Shown here in pieces: positions 38,455 to 48,961 of a stretch of 64,000 nt of DNA (position 1 is the first letter of the stretch; each line of letters begins with the position of its first letter). Both the position numbers and the translations under genes were made by a program. The notes beneath the pieces were generated by a model that was not told the origin of the DNA, ran no database searches, and worked only from the letters and a program-made list of their open reading frames with translations. Origin of the DNA: Gammaproteobacteria bacterium (GTDB taxonomy: Bacteria > Pseudomonadota > Gammaproteobacteria > JBCCGL01); contig OZ255836.1 in NCBI GenBank assembly GCA_965277715.1, positions 3,872,001-3,936,000 on the forward strand. The letters are read 5' to 3'.

Positions 38455-39774
38455 ATGCTGAACAAATCAATAATACCTGCATTAGCTACCTTTTTTTTGT
38501 GCCTGACAATGAAGCTGGCGTACGCGAGCGAAGAAGTGAGAATTCTGGGTTTTGGCGGAACATTCGCTGGCGAAGCAGAGGGGGCTTATATACCAAAGTA
38601 CAAGGCAGCAGAGCGTTGTCTAGTGGAAGGTAATGGGGTGGATTATCCACAACCAATAATTACGCTACTCAAGACAGCTATAAATGATGAACGGGTGCTG
38701 AAGTGCGATCCTTCTCAAGATTCATCAGCAGGGATTGCGCTTGAAAAAGGGTCAAACAAAAACAGCACATGCGGCAATAAAACACAAAAGTGTACACTCA
38801 CCATACCAAAAAGGAATGGTGCAGATGACACCAAGGCTGTCAAACTAGTCTTCGATGATGTCGACAGGCTCGATAGTGCAAAAATGACACCCAAAGACTG
38901 GTTGATGGTAGGTAAAAAGACCATAGAAGCCCAAAAAAACTCGACTACCAAAGGTGTCGTGATCACTCACGGCACTGACACCATGGAGGAAACAGCCTAT
39001 ATACTAAGTCTGCTTTCAGAGATAAAAAAGCCTGTAGTACTGGTCGGATCAATGAGGGCGCCGAACCATTTAAGCGCTGATGGGTTAATGAATCTACTCA
39101 ATGGCGCAGCCACAGCGGGTGACAACAAGGCAAGCAGCATAATGCTGGTGATGAACGAGAGAATCTACGGTGCTCGGGATGTAACAAAGACCAACACCAC
39201 AAACGTAGGAACGTTCGAATCAAGAAATACAGGGCAACTGGGAACGGTATATTTTGGTGATGCTCGTTTCTACAATGAAGCCATTGATCGTAAGAGTATA
39301 ATGTGCGACGAAAGAGGGCAGCCACAATGCTTATCTATATCCCACTTGAAGTCCTTAAGTAATGAGGAAAGTAAATCCATACCTATCATATACGAGCAAG
39401 CGGGCGGAACCAATGGCCTGATAACCGCAGCAACAAGCGAAGGAGTAGAGGGCATTGTTATTGCGTCAACAGGCAATGGCGGAACGACACAAACAACGGA
39501 TGAAGAACTGAGTAAGGTTAGAACACCGGTATACGTTGCAGTGAGTTCACGCACAGGGAGTGGTAGAACCACTAATGTACCATGCATCAAGAAAACCGAT
39601 CAAACCACCGACTGTGATCCCGGTGACCCAAATCCCAATGTGAAAATATTTACTGCAGACAACCTGAACCCGCAGAAGGCAAGGATACTGCTTATGATGG
39701 CCTTGGCTGCAACTGAGGGAGAAAGCGTTGACGCGAGAATGGAAAAAATTATGACGTATTTTAGCATCTATTAA
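38455..39774 (+). CDS. Secreted type II asparaginase/glutaminase with Cys-rich insertions
   Basis: GGTFAG, HGTDTMEETAY, VGSMR, TKTNT and NLNPQKARILL motifs; signal peptide. Confidence 0.9.
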   Translation: MLNKSIIPALATFFLCLTMKLAYASEEVRILGFGGTFAGEAEGAYIPKYKAAERCLVEGNGVDYPQPIITLLKTAINDERVLKCDPSQDSSAGIALEKGSNKNSTCGNKTQKCTLTIPKRNGADDTKAVKLVFDDVDRLDSAKMTPKDWLMVGKKTIEAQKNSTTKGVVITHGTDTMEETAYILSLLSEIKKPVVLVGSMRAPNHLSADGLMNLLNGAATAGDNKASSIMLVMNERIYGARDVTKTNTTNVGTFESRNTGQLGTVYFGDARFYNEAIDRKSIMCDERGQPQCLSISHLKSLSNEESKSIPIIYEQAGGTNGLITAATSEGVEGIVIASTGNGGTTQTTDEELSKVRTPVYVAVSSRTGSGRTTNVPCIKKTDQTTDCDPGDPNPNVKIFTADNLNPQKARILLMMALAATEGESVDARMEKIMTYFSIY

Positions 39775-40041
39775 TCCACGTCCAGTCGGACGGGTGTTGA
39801 AAATTAACTGCCTGAAGTTAATTTGTTAAATTAAATTTGACTATGTGCTACGACTATGGGTTTCCTGGAGAGTTCAAGCTTAAAGAGAGTGGGCAATCAG
39901 AAGCCGTAGGCTTTTTCTTGAGAGCATTTGAAACTCAAAAATACGACCTAAATAGCCTTGTGCCAAGTATTGGGGAGGCCCAAAGTCCAAGAGGGATTTT
40001 ATAAGGTTTTAAAGACGGGTGTTAATGAGCTGCTAGGTGAT

Positions 40042-40155
40042 GCATAACAAAAAGCTGCACCTGACAATTTTTGCTACGCTCAATTGTGTATGTCGCGTGG
40101 CTCCATTTTACACAATTTCTCTCCGCAAAAATTACAGGTGAGCTTGGCGTTATGC
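40042..40155 (+). other. attC site
   Basis: GCATAAC..aagctgcacctg...caggtgagctt..GTTATGC. Confidence 0.9.
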
Positions 40156-40191
40156 GTCAAAACGAAAAAACCAGCTAAAGGCTAATAATCT

Positions 40192-40857
40192 ATGAGAGTT
40201 ACGACTTATATTGTCCGAAGGGGCAACACTCTAGTAAACATTTCTAAAGCATACGGAATCACGCTAGAAGAACTGATTGTTGAAAACCCTCAAATTCGCA
40301 ATCCAAATCTAATCCGCGTCGGGGAGCATATTCTAGTACCCCGGAGCCATGATGGCCCCAACCCACACGTAACCTTGGCTGAAGAGAATATTCCTCTTGG
40401 ACTGCCACTCTGGCATAGGATCGCGATGCGTGAAGAAGGCGTGTCAGAGGTGCCTGGAGCTGGAAATAATCCCAGAATTTTAGAATATCATTCCACCACT
40501 TCCTTGGGCCGGGCAGATGCTAGACAAGATAAAACAGCTTGGTGCTCATCGTTCGTTAACTGGTGTATCGAACAAACAGGAAGGCAAGGTACTGACAACG
40601 CGTGGGCACGCAGCTGGGAAAATTGGGGGCGTGATATAGAAACTTCAACTATTGGTTCTATAGCTGTTTTCTCGAGAACCAATTCAACTACTAATGGCGG
40701 TCATGTTGGGTTCGTAGCCCACGAAACAACGTCATCTGTAATTGTGTTGGGTGGAAATCAAGGTAACACCGCAAAAGAGTCAACGTACCCAAAATCTGGG
40801 AGGAAAGGTAAGTATTATTACAAGCTACTTTCATGCCGATGGCCAGAGGACGCATAA
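40192..40857 (+). CDS. Cassette: LysM plus TIGR02594/CHAP-like peptidoglycan amidase
   Basis: YIVRRGNTL..I..NPQIRNPNLI, AWCSSFVNWC, GHVGF and GGNQ motifs. Confidence 0.85.
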   Translation: MRVTTYIVRRGNTLVNISKAYGITLEELIVENPQIRNPNLIRVGEHILVPRSHDGPNPHVTLAEENIPLGLPLWHRIAMREEGVSEVPGAGNNPRILEYHSTTSLGRADARQDKTAWCSSFVNWCIEQTGRQGTDNAWARSWENWGRDIETSTIGSIAVFSRTNSTTNGGHVGFVAHETTSSVIVLGGNQGNTAKESTYPKSGRKGKYYYKLLSCRWPEDA

Positions 40858-40939
40858 CAATACCTTGCAGCCGGCCCACTTTCCGCTACTTCCCTACCGT
40901 CATTCGCTCCAAGTCGGCGGCTGAATGCAGGCGTTATGC
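40852..40939 (+). other. attC site
   Basis: GCATAAC...GTTATGC. Confidence 0.9.
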
Positions 40940-40994
40940 ACTCAAGTGTTTTCTGGTAGGTTTCTCTTTCTAATTTTAAGAATCAATCACAAGA

Positions 40995-41233
40995 ATGACA
41001 CTTTATGAGGCAATCGTCTGGTGCACTGGAATTGCGGGTGCCTTGATTCTATTTGGGTTGTTCAGAAAAGAGCTAGGGCGAGCAATTGACAGAGTGAAGG
41101 GCGTAACCGGGAAAAACTGGGCCATAGATATTGGGTCTGGTGCAAAAGAAACAGAGCCATCTAAAGATGCTTGCAAGATTGAACGGAACAAATTGGCAAA
41201 TGTTTTCTGGATTGGGCATGACCTACTTTGGAC
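40995..41233 (+). pseudogene. Cassette ORF truncated by IS66
   Basis: The ORF's stop codon is supplied by the GTAAGCG end of the IS. Confidence 0.6.
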
Positions 41234-41319
41234 GTAAGCGCCAAAGAATAGACGTCTAGCAATTACTCGGGTTGGTCCTCACACTGCACCACAGCAACCC
41301 AATACCCGCTAGGTGTAAT

Positions 41320-41637
41320 ATGAGTAATAAAGAACGCGCGTTGTACTGGCGCAATCAAATTGAACAATGGCAAGCATTCGGTTTGAGTGGTGCGCAGTTT
41401 TGCCAGGATAACGGCATCAACTTGAAGCCGTTTTACTATTGGCACCGAAAATGTTCGCGTAAAACTCTTCAAGCAGTGCAGAGTAACATGCCTGTAGCAG
41501 GCTTTACCCAAGTGATGGTGGCTGATAGGCAAAGGGCTGATCCGGGTTTGTGTTTTACGCTGGCCAATGGCTGTGCCATTTCTGGCATTACCGCCGCTAA
41601 CGTGACGTTAGTTGGCGCGTTACTGGCACAGTTATGA
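41320..41637 (+). CDS. tnpA: IS66 TnpA
   Basis: W...GLS..QFC...FYYW HTH motif. Confidence 0.85.
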   Translation: MSNKERALYWRNQIEQWQAFGLSGAQFCQDNGINLKPFYYWHRKCSRKTLQAVQSNMPVAGFTQVMVADRQRADPGLCFTLANGCAISGITAANVTLVGALLAQL

Positions 41638-42002
41638 AGGCCCGTTATTTACGGCCATCGCTCGATATTGCGCAGGTGTTTTTATACCGAGAGGCGGTGG
41701 ACTTTCGTAAGCAAAGCAATGGCCTTGCGGCCATTGTTGAGCGAGAGCTTGGCCACAACCTGTTTGATGGTGGCTTATACGTGTTCACCAATCGCCACCG
41801 CAACAAAATCAAATGTCTGATGTGGGAGGACAACGGTTTTGTACTGTATTACAAAGCCTTGGCCGAAGAGCAGTTTAAGTGGCCTGACCTCGATGAGGAA
41901 GTCATATCACTGACCGGCACACAAATAAACGGGTTGCTTGATGGCTATGATTTAGCCGCAATGAAAGGCCACAAAGTATTGCATTACGAGTCTGTTTTTT
42001 AG
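41634..42002 (+). CDS. tnpB: IS66 TnpB accessory protein
   Basis: VDFRKQSNGL, FTNRHR and WEDNGF motifs. Confidence 0.9.
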   Translation: MKARYLRPSLDIAQVFLYREAVDFRKQSNGLAAIVERELGHNLFDGGLYVFTNRHRNKIKCLMWEDNGFVLYYKALAEEQFKWPDLDEEVISLTGTQINGLLDGYDLAAMKGHKVLHYESVF

Positions 42003-42069
42003 CCCGCTAAAGGGTGTAAAAACATTTTATTTTAATGATTTTTAGACGGTTATTGGGTATTATTACCCG

Positions 42070-43701
42070 ATGGTTTTAGCATCAGAAATTCAACAAAAAC
42101 AACGCAATTACACCGGCTTAACGGCGGCTGAATTAGTGATCGTGCTGGCAGAAAAAGAAGCCGAATTAACGCACCATAACCAAATTATTCAACGTCATAA
42201 AAACACTATTCGACGTCACACAAACACCATTAAAAACCGCGATCACTACATTCGTTTGCTGGAAGAACGGTTGCGTCTTTCCAAGGTTCAGAGGTTCGGT
42301 GCTAACAGCGAAAAGCTTGCCTTCCAGATTGACTTGTTTGATGAAGCGGAACTCGAACAAGCCATTGTCGACATTGATAACCAACTACCGGATGAGTTGC
42401 TACCTTAGCCTACGACCACGAACAAGAAAAAACGTCAACGCGGCTTCTCCAACCGTTTACCCCGTGTGCGCGTTGAGCTGGCCTTAAGCGATGAGGAAAA
42501 ATCAGGCGCTACACGCACTTTCTTTGTGAAAGTCAAAGAAGAACTCCAATACATTCCCGCACAACTCAACGTTTTAGAGTACTGGCAAGAAAAGGCCGTC
42601 TTCAGCTACGCAGGTGATGACCACATCATCGCCGCGCAACGCCCCATACACCCTTTAGGTAAGTGCTTTGCCAGCACGGCCCTGCTCGCCAACATCATGG
42701 TGTCCAAATACGCCGATGGGTTGCCCTTGTATCGCCAGGAAAGCATTTTAAAGTGTTATGGACATGCCGTGAGCCGCACCAACATGGCCAACTGGATGAT
42801 TCGCCTGGAAGATGTCTTAAAACCCCTGATGACCTTGCTGCGGGAAAGTCAAAATGCCGGTGATTATGTGCAAATGGACGAAACGCGTATCCAGGTACTC
42901 AAAGAAAATGGCAAAACCGCCCAATCCGATAAATGGATGTGGCTAACGCGCGGTGGCCCTCCAGCCCAGCCCAGTGTGTTGTTTGAATACGACCCCTCTC
43001 GTTCGGGCGAAGTGCCACAACGCTTACTGGAAGGTTTTCAAGGCACTCTGCAAGTCGATGGCTATTCAGGGTATAACGGGGTGTGCGAGCAGCAAAATCT
43101 GACACGTATCGGTTGCTGGGATCATGTGCGCCGAAAATTCATTGATGCCATTAAAGCCGCCGATAAAGCAAACACGAAAAAATGCCGTGCCTCGAAAGCC
43201 GATGTCGCCATCGGTAAAATCCGCAAGCTCTATCTCATTGAGAAAAAGATACAAGCGCTTGAACCCGCAGAAAAACAAAGGCTTCGCCAAGCACTTAGCC
43301 AACCGGTGTTGGAAGACTTCAAACAATGGCTGGATAAGCATATTACTAAGGTGGCTAAAAAGTCCCTTACTCGTAACGCCATGGACTATGCACTGAATCA
43401 ATGGCATACCCTCACAGGCTACTGTGATGATGGACGGTTACACATCAGCAACGTGCTGGCTGAAAATGCCATTAGGCCTTTTGCCGTGGGTAGAAAAGCC
43501 TGGTTGTTTGCCGATTCAACCCGTGGCGCCCATGCCAGTGCCACCACATGTTACTCATTGATCGAAACGGCCAAAGCTAATGGGCTTGAACCCTATGCGT
43601 ACATACTGCACGTCCTTGATCATATCGGCAGTGCCGATACTCTTGAAAAGAGAGAGGCCTTGCTACCTTGGCATGTCGTTTTGGACATTACCTTGGAATA
43701 G
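42070..43701 (+). pseudogene. tnpC: IS66 TnpC transposase with an in-frame stop
   Basis: TAG at 42406-42408, and the same frame continues. DET, DGYSGY, CWDHVRRKF and AENAIRP motifs. Confidence 0.88.
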
Positions 43702-43723
43702 AGGCTGATTTAAGGGCGCTTAC

Positions 43724-44550
43724 TATTTATCGACGACCTCGACCGCTGCGAAGAAGCCGTTGTCGTCAAGCTGCTGGAGAGCATCAAACTCTACCTCGGC
43801 AGCCAGCGCTGCGTCTTCGTCCTCGGCATCGACCCCAATGCCGTGCTGGGCGCGCTGGGCCGCTACTGGCAGCGCCCGCAGGAAGACAACCGCGAATACC
43901 TGGAAAAACTCTTCCAAGCCACCCTGGAAGTGCCCATTCCCGCGCCAGGCGAAGTGAAAACCCTGATTACTCAACAACTGAAGCAACACAAATTTCCCAA
44001 TATCACCATAAACGCCGAAACCATCGAACAACTGCTCGAACCCAACCCGCGCAAAATCAAAAACTTCCTCAACAGCCTCTGCGCCACCTGGTCGCTCTAC
44101 ACCCAGAACCAGGCCGACGACTATATCGACGACCAGCGTTTTATCCTGTTTCACTACCTGCGGCTCTACCATCGGTCTGTCTGGCGCCTGCTGGAACACC
44201 AGCGCTGGGCCTTGCAACTGCTGCACCGGGTACTCACCGGCAGTAACGCACCACTGCATGACGTGCCTAAGTACATTGGTGAAGCCGAGCAGGCGGTGAT
44301 GAAAGAAATGCTGTCGCGGGCGTTTAGCCATGTACTTAAAAACGTCGAATACGGTGATCACGACCCACTCAAACACCGGGGTGTCCCGCTGGAGCAGGCT
44401 GTGCAGTGGTTTATCGAACGCCAGGATCGCAAACGTTCAGACGAATACTTTATCGCGCTGTTTAAAATCATACACGAACACGAACACCTCAATGCCAATA
44501 TGGTTTTTCTAAACCCATCCACCCCAAAGGTAGATAACCATGCTGAATAA
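43724..44550 (+). pseudogene. KAP-family P-loop NTPase, 5'-truncated by IS66
   Basis: The frame begins at FIDDLDRC; YLEKLFQ and NPRKIKNFLN motifs follow. Confidence 0.85.
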
Positions 44551-47500
44551 CCCCACCTACCAGCGCAACCAATTCCTCAGCGCCCTGGGTGACTATATGC
44601 GCTGGCTCTACCGGCGCCACCACCGCCTGCTGGGCCTGATAGAGGCCAGCGACGAGCCAGACCCGATCAGCCTGACACAGATATTTGTCCCCATGCGCGC
44701 CGGTGAGGAAGACATTGCCGACGACGACATGGCCACCCCGCAGGACGTGGCGGAAGAAACCCTGCCGGGGCGGGATGTTTGGTCACTGCTCGCAGACACT
44801 TCCTTCCTCGCCCTGTCTGGCCGCCCTGGCAGCGGTAAAACCACCCTGGTGCAGGCGACCATCCTCGAACTGTGCGGCGAACACTCCAGCTCCCTGCGGG
44901 CGGCGATGGCGGGCGAGCACGGTATCGCGCCGCTGCCGATCATACTGCGCACTATCCCCGCCATCGACACAATCACCACCCTGGAACAACTGCTCGACGC
45001 CTGGTGGCGTGAAGAGCAAAAAGACGCCGCCGCCGAAGGCATCACCCTCGACACCGGCCGCCTGCGCCAGTGGTTTGATGCACCGACAGACGCCCCGGCA
45101 GACGCCCCGGCAGACAAACGCTACCCGCTGCTGATACTGTTTGATGGCATCGACGAAGTCGGCGGCATAGAAACCCGCAGCCGCATCTATGCCCTGGCGC
45201 AAGACGCCCACCAACGCGGCCACCGGGTACTGATCACTGGCCGCCCCGCCGGGTTTCACGCCCTACAGACCGACGACCTCCCCCAGTCAACAGGGCCTGC
45301 AATGGCACCACTAAACCTGCACTACCTGCTGCCCCTCGCCTGGGAACAGATTCGGCAGTTTATCCACCAGTGGTACCAACTGCGCGGTGAATGGCGCAAA
45401 CAGCGGGATCGTGGCATCGCACAGTTTCTGGACGCCATGCGGGATTCCCAGCGGGCGTATTTACTGGTACTGGCCCGGCGGCCGATCTTTATCAGCCTGA
45501 TGGCCCTGGTGCACTGCACCCAAAACCAAATGCCCGATGGCCGCGCCCAACTCTACAGCACCATTATCGAACTCTACCTGGGCCGCCAGGAGCGGCACCG
45601 CCAACTGCGCTTTTCCGTTAGTGGCAGCGCCCTACCGCACTGGCCAGACCAGGAAAAACGCATGGTACTGGGCTACCTGGCCTGGCAGAGCCAACTCAAG
45701 AGCGCCGATGTGGAGGGTGCTTATGAAACCGGAAACCGCCGGGTAATCTGGCGCCGCAAGGAAATGCTGGAACAGATCCGCAGCCAACTGCAAAGTGGCC
45801 ATTACGGGCGCTTTGCCGCCATCAAGGCAGGCGATGCCGACAAACTGCTGGATTATTTTTTACACCCCTCGGGCCTGTTGGTCGAGCCTGCCGAGGCGCG
45901 CATCCAGTTCGCCCACCTGAGCTTTCAGGAATACCTGTGTGCCGACTTTCTCTTTACCCTGGGCGGCAGGCGCCTGCAAAAAACCCTCGAAGACCGCCTA
46001 TTGCCCAATCTACACAAGCCCGGCTGGGATGAAGTGGGGATCTTACTGCTGGCGATCATGCAGGAAAACGATAACCGCGGGCACTTTGAGCTATTGGGTT
46101 GGCTGGATTTGGCCCAGGTGGATCAGGCCAGTCTGTTCATACAAGCCTATACAGGTAACGAACTGTCGTTTACCGACCGGGAGCAGTTGCAATGGCTGCC
46201 ACTGGCGATGGCCGCCTGCCTGCTGCACCCCCGGTGTGACTTTGCCGAATCGCTGGCCAGGCGGGCAGAGCTGGCGGAACCGGGGCGGGCGTTGCTGCAC
46301 AAACTGTTGACAGCAGATAGCCTCAAAGCAGCCTGGCAGCCCTTACAACAGGCACTAGAAACTGATACACCCTGGGGTATTGACGACGTGGCGCAACACC
46401 CAATGGCTGAGAGTATGCTGAAATGCTGGAAGCATCCAAAGGATGGTAATAGTTGGGATGTTCTATCGGGTGAAGCGGAAGCCCATGCCAATGGACTGTT
46501 GAGTTTATTAAATGGAAGTGGTTGGGTAACGCACGATGACCGTTTTAACCCGCTGGCAACTGACTGGCAACCGTTGCTGGTCGATTGGCTGCACCGATCA
46601 ATAATAACACCGGGCGGTGACTGTTCACTGCTGTGGGCGCGGGATAAAGCACGGCTACCAATACCCACCAACACAGCCTATGAGGTTGACCATTTGCTGC
46701 CTGCTTATGGGAGGCTATGGGCAGAGGTTAGTGCGCAAGTGCCAATGGATGTGATGCTCTTGCAGGGAGAAGCATACGACGATTTTTTTTGGGATGTTTT
46801 TACCCAGGCATCCGTTTCTCTGTTACTGCACCCGCAGGATGACTTATTGCCACGGCCTCGTTTTGCAATGATGCTTTACCAGGTTACGCTGTTAAGCGAA
46901 GGTGCGGCTGAAGGCCGCACCTTCGCCGATTTGTCGCTGTCGCGGTCGCTGTCGCTGTTGCGGTCGCGGTCGCAGTCGCGGTCGCAGTCGCTGTTGCGGT
47001 CGCAGTCGCTGTTGCGGTCGCAGTCGCTGTTGCGGTCGCAGTCGCTGTTGCGGTCGCGGTCGCGGTCGCTGTCGCAGTCGCTGTTGCGGTTGCTGTCGCT
47101 GTCGCAGTCGCTGTCGCTGTTGCGGTCGCTGTTGCGGTCGCAGTCGCTGTCACTTTTGATAGACGATGTTGAATGGATTAGCCAGGAATCAACAGAAAAG
47201 CTAAAAAGCGTTATTGAGTGGATTAAACGTAAAAAACCAGATAAGGCGTTATTAACCCCCTGGGTATCGGCGCTGGAGCAATACGCCCACCGCTGGGCAG
47301 CGCTGGATTGGTTTAACCAGCAGTGTGAAGACCCACAACTGGCTGACCACCGTGGCCTTATCCATGGCCACCCGCTGCCGCTTAGCCTGGGGTTATTTGA
47401 CGATAAGGGCAGACCCCACGCTGAACAGCGGCGGCACCACTGGCTGGCCCTGCGGGAGTGGTTAGAGGATGATGAGGCCATGCTAGGATTTGTTTTCCCC

Positions 47501-47707
47501 AATGGCCTGGCAGACAATGATCGGCGGGTGATTCTCGATGATCTGGCGTTACTGCGCCAGCAACCCTGGTCACCGATAGCGTTTATCGATGCCGTGTTGG
47601 AAGACTGGCCACAACAAAGGCCCATTCTCGACTATCGCCTGGAGACGGCAGAAAAAAGACTGATGGATGCCACTGAGGGATTGTTACAACAACTGGAGGC
47701 GTTGTAA
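44540..47707 (+). CDS. NACHT (STAND) NTPase protein
   Basis: GRPGSGKTT, ILFDGIDE, ITGRP and FAHLSFQEY motifs. Confidence 0.9.
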   Translation: MLNNPTYQRNQFLSALGDYMRWLYRRHHRLLGLIEASDEPDPISLTQIFVPMRAGEEDIADDDMATPQDVAEETLPGRDVWSLLADTSFLALSGRPGSGKTTLVQATILELCGEHSSSLRAAMAGEHGIAPLPIILRTIPAIDTITTLEQLLDAWWREEQKDAAAEGITLDTGRLRQWFDAPTDAPADAPADKRYPLLILFDGIDEVGGIETRSRIYALAQDAHQRGHRVLITGRPAGFHALQTDDLPQSTGPAMAPLNLHYLLPLAWEQIRQFIHQWYQLRGEWRKQRDRGIAQFLDAMRDSQRAYLLVLARRPIFISLMALVHCTQNQMPDGRAQLYSTIIELYLGRQERHRQLRFSVSGSALPHWPDQEKRMVLGYLAWQSQLKSADVEGAYETGNRRVIWRRKEMLEQIRSQLQSGHYGRFAAIKAGDADKLLDYFLHPSGLLVEPAEARIQFAHLSFQEYLCADFLFTLGGRRLQKTLEDRLLPNLHKPGWDEVGILLLAIMQENDNRGHFELLGWLDLAQVDQASLFIQAYTGNELSFTDREQLQWLPLAMAACLLHPRCDFAESLARRAELAEPGRALLHKLLTADSLKAAWQPLQQALETDTPWGIDDVAQHPMAESMLKCWKHPKDGNSWDVLSGEAEAHANGLLSLLNGSGWVTHDDRFNPLATDWQPLLVDWLHRSIITPGGDCSLLWARDKARLPIPTNTAYEVDHLLPAYGRLWAEVSAQVPMDVMLLQGEAYDDFFWDVFTQASVSLLLHPQDDLLPRPRFAMMLYQVTLLSEGAAEGRTFADLSLSRSLSLLRSRSQSRSQSLLRSQSLLRSQSLLRSQSLLRSRSRSLSQSLLRLLSLSQSLSLLRSLLRSQSLSLLIDDVEWISQESTEKLKSVIEWIKRKKPDKALLTPWVSALEQYAHRWAALDWFNQQCEDPQLADHRGLIHGHPLPLSLGLFDDKGRPHAEQRRHHWLALREWLEDDEAMLGFVFPNGLADNDRRVILDDLALLRQQPWSPIAFIDAVLEDWPQQRPILDYRLETAEKRLMDATEGLLQQLEAL
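46932..47151 (+). repeat. Degenerate hexamer repeat encoding (RSQSLL)n
   Basis: About 36 units of gtcgct / gtcgca / gtcgcg / gttgcg. Confidence 0.95.
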
Positions 47708-47827
47708 TGTTTGTAGTGTATGTGAGCACGGGTATCGTGTATTGCATATAACTTTTGGTTGTTTTTGGCAACCGAAAGTTATCATGGTAAATATTTCAAA
47801 ATCGATGAAGTACCGAGCAAGTGGGCT

Positions 47828-47955
47828 CAGTTGCCGACGACTGTATTGATCTGTGGTGTTGTAGGGGTGTCGCTCGCGAAGTGTAGGTGTCTTTCTCTGC
47901 TGCATGCAGAGCGAGCGAGGTACTTTTTGCTAGCGCACAAAAAGTACCCAAAAAT
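47828..47955. repeat. Intergenic repeat-family element
   Basis: cagttgccgacgactgta is the reverse complement of 29735-29752. Also contains the hairpin ggtactttttg...caaaaagtacc. Confidence 0.65.
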
Positions 47956-48182
47956 GCACTTTTCGGTGCTCAATTTAAATTGATAGGTCGGTGGGGCGTG
48001 CGTTTAGCTTTGGTTTTCTTTTTTGTTGAGTTCATCACGCCCAAGAGATCCAGGCAGCTTATTGGTTGGCGTTGTCCCTGGCGTTATAAGTGAATTTGGC
48101 CTTTTCATTCGTACTCTTACCATCTGATTGGGGAGGTCATTTAGGATTGGTTTGTTATAGCGAAACCACCCACCAACAAAAG

Positions 48183-48950
48183 CTACCCTCCAGACCCACC
48201 TAACCGCTCATCTGCCCCCATCCGCCGCTCCAACCGGCGCACCCCGGCAGACACCACCAACACCAACAGCAAATACTGCAAGGCCACCACCGTATAAATC
48301 TCCAGTGGCCGGTACTCAGTCACCGCCAACTCATTCCCCCGGCGCAACACCTCAGACACTCCAATCACCGACACCAACGACGTCATTTTCAACGTAATCA
48401 CCAACTGATTACCCACCGCCGGCAGCGAGCGCCGAATCGCCTGCGGAAAAATCACGTAACGCATCTTATCCAGATAACTCAACCCCAGCGTGTCAGCGGC
48501 CTCAAACTGCCCCTTATCAATCGACTGCACCCCCCCGCGAAAAATCTCCGCCATAAACGCCGAGCCGTAAATCGATAACGCCAACATCCCCGCAGCAAAC
48601 GGCGGCAAATCGATACCCATCAAAATAGGCAAACCGTAATACACCCAAAATATCGACACCAGCGGTGGAATAGAACGAAACACCTCCACATACGAGCGAT
48701 AGATAACCTGCAACACCCGGTACGATGACAAACCCAGCAGGCTTATCGCAAAGCCAACGCTATTGGAAATCGCCACACAACACAGCGTGAGTAAAATCGT
48801 CCACGGAATACCGGAGAGCAAAAACAGCAAATTGACACGGCCCCGCTTAATACTGGGGTCGACCACATACCAACCCCACTCCTGCGAACTGGCACAGCCG
48901 CTGATCAACAGTACAAATAACAACAAACACACGAGCCGTTGGGTTGACAT
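48183..48950 (-). CDS. Polar amino acid ABC transporter permease
   Basis: FRSIPPLV and AEIFRGG..GQFEAA motifs. Confidence 0.9.
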   Translation of the reverse strand: MSTQRLVCLLLFVLLISGCASSQEWGWYVVDPSIKRGRVNLLFLLSGIPWTILLTLCCVAISNSVGFAISLLGLSSYRVLQVIYRSYVEVFRSIPPLVSIFWVYYGLPILMGIDLPPFAAGMLALSIYGSAFMAEIFRGGVQSIDKGQFEAADTLGLSYLDKMRYVIFPQAIRRSLPAVGNQLVITLKMTSLVSVIGVSEVLRRGNELAVTEYRPLEIYTVVALQYLLLVLVVSAGVRRLERRMGADERLGGSGG

Positions 48951-48961
48951 GGGCTAACCTC

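Larger units (their letters stand above)
41234..43723 (+). mobile_element. IS66-family element, no target-site duplication
   Basis: GTAAGCGCC...GGCGCTTAC ends with tnpA-tnpB-tnpC. The flanks differ (ctttggac vs tatttatc). Confidence 0.93.

Noticed and set aside
31677-40939. Regularly spaced repeats as a CRISPR array
   Set aside because: They are variable palindromes with RYYYAAC/GTTRRRY ends separated by whole ORFs, which makes them attC sites. No cas genes are present.
41634-42002. TnpB as an RNA-guided nuclease
   Set aside because: This is the small IS66 accessory TnpB, which has no RuvC domain.
43668-44376. Long overlapping ORFs 43668-44246 (+) and 43723-44376 (-)
   Set aside because: They are shadow frames of the GC-rich KAP NTPase remnant.
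46876-47625. Poly-TA, DCDRNS and Cys/Arg-rich ORFs (antifreeze-like or metallothionein-like)
   Set aside because: These are alternative frames of the hexamer repeat in the NACHT gene.
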